DNA of 64,000 nucleotides from Thermoanaerobaculia bacterium (GTDB lineage Bacteria; Acidobacteriota; Thermoanaerobaculia; UBA5066): NCBI GenBank assembly GCA_963816185.1, contig CAWFJJ010000006.1, positions 1,326 to 65,325 of the forward strand, read 5' to 3'. Shown piece by piece: positions 56,606 to 64,000 of this stretch (position 1 is its first letter; each line of letters starts with the position of its first letter). The notes under the pieces were generated by a model. It saw only the letters and a program-made list of their open reading frames with translations, ran no database searches and was not told where the DNA came from. The position numbers and the translations under genes were made by a program.

Positions 56606-59600
56606 ATGATCAGCGGAACGCCCGCCGACGACGCCGAAACGACACTGGACACGCCGGGCCTGAAGGACGGGGCGGGTCGTCCGATCCTGCCGGCCGATCG
56701 GGCAGCCGCGGGCGAAGCGTCCGAGGCCACGGACTCGTTCATCCGGCCGGGCCTCGTCATGAACGGGCGCTACCGGGTCGACCGTCTCCTCGCGCGCGGG
56801 GGAATGGGAGGCGTCTACCGCGTCGACGATCAGCTCTTTCCGGGGCGTCCGACGGCCCTCAAGATCTTCCTTCACCCGCTCCGGAACACGGTCGAGCTGT
56901 TCCGCGCCGAGTTCAGAACCATGGCGTCGCTGCGCCACCCGAACGTCGCCCGCGTGTACGACTTCGAGCAGGTCGCGGGCCAGGACGCGTTCTTCTTCAC
57001 GATGGAGCTCCTGCCCGGCGTGCCGCTCGACCGCTTCCTGGCCGAGCCGCGCGCCGAAGCGGAGACGTCCGATGCGGGGTCTCCGCCGCCCGCCTCCACG
57101 GTCGACGCGTCGGCCGTGCGCGGCCCCTCGGCCGGGCGGATCGTGCCGTGGGGGGACGCTCTCGAGCTTCTCGTCCCCGTCATCCGCGCGCTCGCGTACC
57201 TTCACGGCCGCGGCGTCGTCCACTTCGACCTCAAGCCCGGCAACATCGTGGTCAGCTCGCGCGGCGCCCAGCGCCACGTGAAGGTCCTCGACTTCGGCCT
57301 CGCGGGCCTGCGCGGCGTCCGCGGGCTCGTGATGGGCACTCCGCATTACCTCTCGCCCGAGATCGCGAGCGCGAAGGAAGGCGACCACCGCTCCGACCTC
57401 TACAGCCTCGGCATCATGGCGTACCGCCTGCTGACGGGCGAAACGCCATTCAGCACGACGCAGGGCCTCAGCGTCCTCCTCAAGCGGAAGCTCACCGAGC
57501 CGGTGCGCTTCACGAGTGCGCACGCGGAACGCGTGCCGGACTGGCTCCGCACGATCGTCGAGCGCCTCTGCTCCGTCGATCCGGCCGGGCGACCCGCGAG
57601 CGCCGGCGACCTCCTCGACGAGATCAACCGCGCGGGCGGCCTCGCGTACGAACTCGAGACGCGCGACGCCCGCGAGAACTATCTCTTCTCGAGCGCCTTC
57701 GTCGGCCGCTCTCACGAGATGGAGGACGTGAACCGCTCGATCGACGCGGCCCTCAAGGGCGATCGGCACGCCGGCCTCTTCGTCACGGGCCGGAGCGGCA
57801 TGGGGAAGTCGCGCCTCATGCGCGAGGTGCGGCTGGCCGTCCAGCTGCGCGGCGTCCCGTTCCTCGAGGTCGACTGCTTCGAGCGCGACCTGACCGAGTC
57901 CGGGCCGATGGCGAACCTCGTCCTGCAGGCCGCCCGCCTCGCGACATCCGTGGGCGCGCAGTCGCTCCTCAATGCGCACGCGCCGGAGATGGTCAAGCTC
58001 GTTCCGTCGCTCCCGCTCGACGCGGGGGTCGCGCCGACGCCGCCGCTCCCGAACGCGGACGCCGAACGCCGGCGCGTCCTCGAGGCCATCGCCGCGTTCC
58101 TCGTCGGGCTCGGCCGCATCACGCCGTACGTCGCGTACGTGAACGACTTTCAGTGGGCGCGCGACGGCACCGTCGACGTCGCCTCGTCGCTCCTCGCGAT
58201 CCGCTCGGGCGCGGCTGTCGCGGCCACGGGCTCGAAGTTCTGCCTCCTCGGCAGCTACCGCGTCGACGACGTGACGGGCCGGCCGCTCGCGCGCCTCGTC
58301 CAGCCGGGACCCGAGCGCCCGGCGCCGCGCGTCGTCGAGCTCTCCCCGCTTCGCGACGAGGACGTCGCCGGCCTCCTCAGGTCCATGCTCGGCCTCTCCG
58401 AGCTGCCCGATTGGCTCGCCGCGCACGTCGCCGAGTCGAGCGAGGGCCTCCCGTTCTTCGTCGAGGAGATCCTGCGCGACCTCCTCGAAGAGGGCCGGCT
58501 CGGGATGGCGGACGGAAGGGGTGCAAAGCTCGCCGAGGGCCTGCGCATCGACGCGGCCGCGTCCTTCCTGAAGCGCGCGGCGCGCGTCTCGCCCGGCGAG
58601 CGGAGCCTCCTCGACATCCTCGCCGTCTCGGGGCGGCCCTTGGACACGGACGTCCTGCAGGAGGTGAGCGGCCTTCCGCGGCCGGCGGCCCGCGAGGCCC
58701 TCCAGATCCTCGGCGAGAAGCAGATGGTCGTCGCGATCCAGGGCGAGAAGGAGCGCTACAACCTCGCCCACGACCGCATGCGCGAGGCGCTCTACGTGGG
58801 CCTGCACGCGGACGCGCAGACGGCCCTCCACCTGCGCCTCGGGAGGAGCCTCGCCCGCGCGCTCGCGGCGGGCGGCCGGTGGGAGACGCTCTTCGAGGCC
58901 GTCGCCCACTTCGGCCAGGCCCTCGACCGCGACGGCCCCGGGGCGCTCGCCGACGAAGCCGAGCGCACGGGCGTCGCGCGCCTTCAGCTTCGGGCGGCCG
59001 TGGCCACGAACGCGACGGGAGCCTTCTCGACCGGCGTCTCCTACCTCGAGCGCGCGCTCTCCCTCCTCCCCGAGCGCGCGTACGAGCGTACGTACGACCT
59101 TGCCCTCGCCGTCGACCACGCGCTCGCCGCGACGCTCATCCCGCTCGGGCGCGTCGACGAGGCGCTAAGGGCCGCGGACCGCATCGTCGCGAACGCGCGC
59201 GGCGCCCTCGACGAGTCGCCCGGATGGGAGGCCCGCATTCTCGCGTACGCCGCGCTCAACGAGTATCCGAAGGCGATCGCGGCCGGCATCGAGATCTGCG
59301 GGCGGCTCGGCCTCGCGCTGCCCACGGACCCCACGCGCCTCGACATCGCCCGGATCCTCGGCCGCGTCCTCTGGAAGGTCCGCAACATGACGGACGAGAC
59401 GCTCGCCACGCTCCCAGAGGTCGAGGACCCGCGCGCCCTGCGCCTCATTCGCATCATGTCGTCGATGACGGCGTGCGCGTACGTCTCGCGGCCGTACCTG
59501 TGGCCCGTCCTCATCGGCAATTGCCTGACGCTCATGCTGCGCCACGGCCGCGGGCCCACGCACGCGCTCCTCTTCGTCTGGTTCGCGACGGCGCTCAACG

Positions 59601-60596
59601 CCGTGGGCCTCTACGGCGCGTCGGTGCGCTTCTCGCGCCTCGGCACGCGCCTCATGGGCGCGCCCGACGGCGCCGCGTTCCTCCCGAAGCTGCACCACGC
59701 GATGGGGCAGTTCGTGTCGCACTGGAGGGAGCCGATCGCCCGCTCGGCCGAGTGGTGCCGCGAGGGCTACGCGCTCGGCCGGCGCGTGGAGGACGCGGAG
59801 TTCGCGGGCTACTGCCACATGGGCTGGGCGAAGGCGCGGCTCGAGATGGGCGAGCCGCTCTCCGAGGTGCGGACGACGGCGCTCGACGCCCTCGAGACGA
59901 TCCGGGCTTCGGGACAGATCGGCACCGAGGTCATGCACCGGACGACGATCGAAGTCGTCGACGCCCTCATGGGCCTCGCCCCCGTGCCGGCCGCCGGCGC
60001 CGGCGACGCCGCGCGCTCCGCCGAGCTCAGCAACACGCAGAACGCTTTCCGCCTCCTCGACCGCGCGCGCCTCCTCTGCTTCTTCCGGAGGAGCGGCGGC
60101 TCCGCGCTGGGACGCGAGCTCCTGAAGGTGAGCGAGATCGGCCTGCCGGCGACGTTCTTCCTCTCCATCGCGCACTACGTCGCGTGCCTGGGCTGGATGC
60201 TCGAGGCGCGCCGCGGCGGCGCCTTCACGCGGCTCGCAGTGCCTCGTTCGCGTGCGCCTTGCGCGCGGCCGGATTCGCAAATGGGCGCGCCTCTGCCCCC
60301 ACAATTTCGAGCACCGCGCGCTCCTCGTGGACGCCGAGTGGCTGCGCACGACGGGACGCCCCGGGCGCTCGCTTCGCAGATACGAAGAGGCGATCGCGGC
60401 GGCGTACGACCACGGGTTCGTCCAGGACGCGGGGCTCGCGCACGAACTCGCGGCCGAGATGCTGGTCGACCGCGGGGACGAGCGCGCGGCGCGGACGCAC
60501 GTCCTCGCGGCGCTGGAGAGATACCGCGCGTGGGGCGCCGACGCGAAGGTCCTGGACCTGCAGACGCGTTACGCCCGATTCCTCGCCGCCGCCTGA
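56606..60596 (+). CDS. Ser/Thr kinase - AAA/NACHT-like ATPase - TPR signalling protein (STAND-type); apparent frameshift near 60235-60250
   Basis: Kinase motifs (HFDLKPGNIV, DFGLAG); Walker A GRSGMGKS; long helical-repeat C-terminus. The final ~115 aa (..ARGRIRKWARLCPHNFEHRALLVDAEWLR..RYRAWGADAKVLDL..) are in the frame of ORF 60252..60596, not the upstream frame. Confidence 0.7.
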
Positions 60597-60615
60597 CGCG
60601 TGACCGCCCGGCCGG

Positions 60616-62791
60616 TCAGATCGAGATGCTGTTCGGAATCATCGAGGGCAGCTGGTTCTCGTAAGGCAGCGGGCGCGTCCGGTTGCGCTTGCGGATCTCG
60701 GCCTCGATGGCGGCGAGCGCCATCCTGAAGTCGACGTTGACGGCCTCGGCCCGCGCGTCGGCGAAGTAGGGCCGGCGGGGATTGTCGGAGTACGTGCCGA
60801 ACGTGTCGTACTGCACGCTGCTCAGGAGGTACCCGAACGCCACCTGGTAGAGCGCGACGTCGACGGGCGGCAGCAAGCCGAGCAGGGGGTCGGGAGAACC
60901 GGCGGCCCTCGAGCCCGAGGGCGGCGGCGCGTACGCCGTGCCCGAGACGCTCGGCAGGTACGACATCAGGGGGTACTGCGCGTAGTTCACGTTCGCGTGC
61001 TGCGGTCCGGCCGTGTAGACGATGAGCGACACCATGTCGACGAGGTAGTCGAAGCTGTCGAGCTGCGCCGTGCCCTGTCCCTCGGCGCCGCCTGTCGAAC
61101 GTCAGGCCGCCGAGCCCGCGGAACGCCGCGCCGGCCGGGCTCGTGATCTCCTCGACCCACGCCTGCACTTCCTTGTCCGCGCGCACGTCGTCGTTGCCCG
61201 CCGTAGTAGCACGCGAGATACGCGCGCACGTACTCGCGGATCGCGTCCCAGAGGAGGAGGGTGTCGTCGCGGAACGGGAACTCGGGCAGCCGCTCGCGGT
61301 CGACTCCCCGGAGCGCGAACAGGCGGTGCGGCAGGTTCTGGTCGAAGCGCCACGCGAGCCGCGCGTCCCGCACCATCCCGAGGCTTCCGGCGATGCTCGG
61401 CGACAGCACCGACGCCACGACGCCGTGCGGAATGATGAGGCTGTGCTTGGCGCCCTCGTTGATGTCGAGCGTGAACCGGAAGTGCGGCGCCAGGAGCGCG
61501 AGGATCGGATGCTCGACCGAGAGCTGGCGGTTCGTGGCGACGACGAGCGTCTCGACGGTGAGATGGCAGGCGCCGAGGTGCGCGACCGTCTCGTGCTGCA
61601 CGGCGACGGCGTTCAGCACCCAGAACTTCGCGACCTTCCACGCCGTGGCGTCGCCGCCGGGAAGGAAGATCGGACAGGTCACGGGGTCGTGCTTCTGGCC
61701 GACCTGGATCGCGACCGGCTGCAGGCTGCCGCGCCCCTCCGGGAAACCCGGCCCCGGCTCGGGGTTCCAGTAGAAGAGGGCGATCGGCGCGGCGAGGTAG
61801 CGCTGGTCCCCGTGGAGCCTGCTCGCCTCTACGCCGTCGAACATCGTGAGGTCGAGCGCGTAGAGACGGCCGATCTCCGCCGCCCGCTGCAGCGTGAGGG
61901 ACGAGTCGCCGGAGGCGGCCTTCAAGCATCGCGTCGGTCACGGGCATCTTCGAAAGCAGAGCGCCGAGGTCGACCGCGAGCTCGGGTGCCATACCCCTCG
62001 GGAAGACGCCCTTGAGGTTCGAAGTGTTGAAGCCGGCGATCTGGAGCCAGCCGAAATACCAGTCGCTCTCCCACACCTCCTGGCCGGGCGCGAGGCGCAT
62101 CCACGGCTGCGGCTCGAAGTTCGATCACGGCGGGCGGTCCGGGGAAGCCCGGGTACAGCGTCTTGAACTCCGCGAGGTCCTTCGCGTGCAGGTACCCGTC
62201 GCCCGTCTGTGGCGTCCGGAGAACTTCGTAGAGCGTGTCCCTCAGGAACGACGTGATGCCGACGTCCTTCATGTCCTGGAGCGACTTCGAGACCGCCTTC
62301 TCGAGCCCCTCGACGAGCGGCGGGATCTCGGACATCTTCTTGTACGCCTCAGCGAGCTCCGGCGGGCCGCCTTCGAGCGACTCGAAGATCCTGACGATTG
62401 CAGCGAGGTCCGCGGGGACGTTCAGCGGGTTGAGACCCGAGAACTGTTTCTTCGCGGCGTCGATCGCGCTCTGCAGCGCGACCATCCACGGCATCGGCAT
62501 CGCCGGAAGGTCCGCGCGCAGCTGCGCCTCGAATCGGGCGACGAGGACGCTCTTGAGGTTCTCGGCGACCTCGAGGAGGACGGGCGCGACCTTCGCCTTG
62601 TACGCGAGCGAGAACCTCTCGGAGTCGGGCACCTGCGCCGCGAGCGGCGCGGGGTACAGGTAGCTCGTCGTGTAGTTGTATCGCGTGCGCGCGAGCGAGA
62701 GCTCGTAGCTCCGGTGATGGGCACGTTTCTCGTCGTCCTTCTGCGGGAGGGATGGAAGGGAGCCAATCACGAAGCCTCCTCGACACGTCAT
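60616..62791 (-). pseudogene. lipoxygenase (mini-LOX, no PLAT domain) gene broken by at least 3 frameshifts
   Basis: LOX-like segments lie in four minus-strand frames: 61922..62791 (N-terminal part); 61102..62100 (..DWYFGWLQIAGFN..); 60987..61925 (..VQHETVAHLGACHLTVE.. His-ligand region); 60616..61035, which ends IPNSISI, the invariant LOX C-terminal Ile. Confidence 0.6.
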
Positions 62792-62963
62792 CGGACGACC
62801 GGGTTACGTGCAGGCAGTATACAGACGCGTCAACCAGTCTCAACCGCAGGCGGGCTGGGCGAGGTCTACGGGGCGAATAACACGAAGATCGAACGCGGCG
62901 CTGCTACTCGTGTGTAATAGTTGACGTCTGGGGTTCAGAAGTAATTGGGCCTGAGGTGGAACG

Positions 62964-63368
62964 ATGAACAAGAGCGCAGATCGCTACACCATTAGTTTGC
63001 TTGGGCCATTTGGTCCAGCGAGGCTCGTGGGCAGTTTCTCCGGCACGTCCGGGATCTTCCCCACCCACCACATTCAAAAGGTCGCCGGCATAAACAAGGC
63101 GGGTGACGTCACGTTGAAGCGCGGAGTGGTCGATTCTTCGTGCTTGTGGAATTGGATTTCGCAAGTCAGGCAGTCGGGAGGCGCGAGCGAACACGACGTC
63201 ATTATCACGCGGCTGGTTACCGCCAACCGCCCGATCCAGGCGTGGAGGCTGCGCAACGCCAAGCCGACGAAGTACACAGGTCCGCCGCTGGGTGGAAAGA
63301 GTGGCAAGGTAGCTATGGAGGAACTCGTTCTGTCCGCAGAAGCGATCGAGATCGTGCCTCCGGGCTGA
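62964..63368 (+). CDS. phage tail tube-like protein (T4 gp19 / TIGR02241-like family), solitary
   Basis: 134 aa; DVTLKRGVVDSSCLWNWI and GKSGKVAMEELVLSAEAIEI match the recalled family pattern (nitLkRGv..d..lw.W; ..ievael.l..E.iel). Confidence 0.5.
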   Translation: MNKSADRYTISLLGPFGPARLVGSFSGTSGIFPTHHIQKVAGINKAGDVTLKRGVVDSSCLWNWISQVRQSGGASEHDVIITRLVTANRPIQAWRLRNAKPTKYTGPPLGGKSGKVAMEELVLSAEAIEIVPPG

Positions 63369-63426
63369 AGCCGGAGATCGGCGACGCTCGTCCGCATCTC
63401 GAGGGCTTCGCGGCGCTGGGGGCTGG

Positions 63427-63595
63427 CCCCGGGGATTGACTTTTGCCGTGTCCGGCACCACGTTGAGACAAAGACGATGTTGAGGCGTTGACCTGCCGGG
63501 CCCTTCGTGGACACCTACGCCCGTCAGCGAGCCACTAGTGAAACCGGCAACGTCGCGATACCGGTTTTTTGCTTTCTCCGACGGCTTCGAGGGTA
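63427..63595 (+). repeat. ~170-bp repeat, copy B (see copy A at 49184..49355)
   Basis: Direct repeat; same orientation. Confidence 0.75.
63542..63576 (+). terminator. rho-independent terminator inside repeat B (AACCGG-caacgtcgcgata-CCGGTT + TTTTGCTTTCTCC)
   Basis: 6-bp stem plus U-tract; different hairpin sequence from copy A at the same position. Confidence 0.5.
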
Positions 63596-63675
63596 CCCGA
63601 GCCCGAAGTTGAAGCGACGTGTTTGCATGCAGGCGAGCGCAATCTTTGTAAACGTTTGTGGAAAGGAAAACCCCC

Positions 63676-63879
63676 ATGAAAAAGCAGGAAGTTCGCGGAA
63701 AAGTGAAGAAGGTCAAGGGGAAGGCTAAGGAGACCGTCGGGATCCTCACCGGCAACAAGAAGATGGAAGGTGAGGGGTCCCTTCAGCGCGCCGCGGGCGC
63801 GGTCCAGGAGGGGTTCGGCAGGGCTGGCCGCATGGTCGGCGATGCCGTGACCAGTCTCGGCAACGTTTTCAAGAAGTAG
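63676..63879 (+). CDS. CsbD-family general stress protein
   Basis: RBS GGAAAGGAAAA then ATG; MKKQEVRGKVKKVKGKAKETVGILTGNKKMEGEG..GKV..GDAV CsbD pattern. Confidence 0.65.
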   Translation: MKKQEVRGKVKKVKGKAKETVGILTGNKKMEGEGSLQRAAGAVQEGFGRAGRMVGDAVTSLGNVFKK

Positions 63880-64000
63880 CGGACTACGACAGGCGAAAGC
63901 CCGAGTCTCGCCAAGGCCGTCACGCCGTTCCTCGACACCCCAATGCCGGGAGGCAGGTGAGGCGGACAGATTGAACGGACCGCGCTGATCTGAATGCATC

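Noticed and set aside
56521-60603. Alternative 1360-aa ORF 56521..60603 overlapping the kinase-ATPase gene
   Set aside because: Arg/Pro-rich with no motifs; the kinase and AAA motifs are all in the 56606 frame.

Overview
High-GC (~68%) bacterial chromosomal segment. Its gene content (many Ser/Thr kinase-TolB fusions, secreted S9, S8 and M1 peptidases, DUF3300, a PAS-GGDEF-EAL protein) suggests an Acidobacteria-like Gram-negative; this is inference only. All calls come from reading the sequence and ORF track and from recalled family motifs; no searches were run. Hand-derived coordinates may be off by 1-3 nt.

The main result is an apparently undescribed RiPP-like locus at about 6.1-21.2 kb, made of four parts.

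- Export and regulation: a PpiC-type protein, an ABC exporter with two cNMP-binding domains and a C39 double-glycine peptidase domain, an HlyD adaptor, a sigma-54 activator that lacks a receiver domain, and a near-consensus sigma-54 promoter just downstream of it.
- Precursor array: 15 intact plus 2 decayed small genes (41-62 aa) in tandem. They share a conserved Lys-rich leader ending in a Gly-Gly motif (MKKTTKKSPSKASHKKAVKDLEVKPAKGGTVRGG) and have short hypervariable cores.
- Candidate tailoring genes: two paralogous CxxCxxCC (YkgJ/FliB-like) proteins, a TPR-GT41 (O-GlcNAc-transferase-like) glycosyltransferase, and a decayed second GT41 copy.
- Intergenic repeat: a conserved ~230-270 nt element reiterated between the precursor genes. 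It appears to be non-coding despite carrying a 75-aa ORF.

The rest of the window holds ordinary housekeeping and secreted-enzyme genes. Notable extras are a LodA-like/LodB-like pair at the left edge, a multiply frameshifted lipoxygenase, three further single frameshifts, a ~170-bp direct repeat with intrinsic terminators flanking a ~14-kb segment (49.2-63.6 kb), a small lower-GC islet near 47 kb, and several genes with in-frame tandem peptide repeats.
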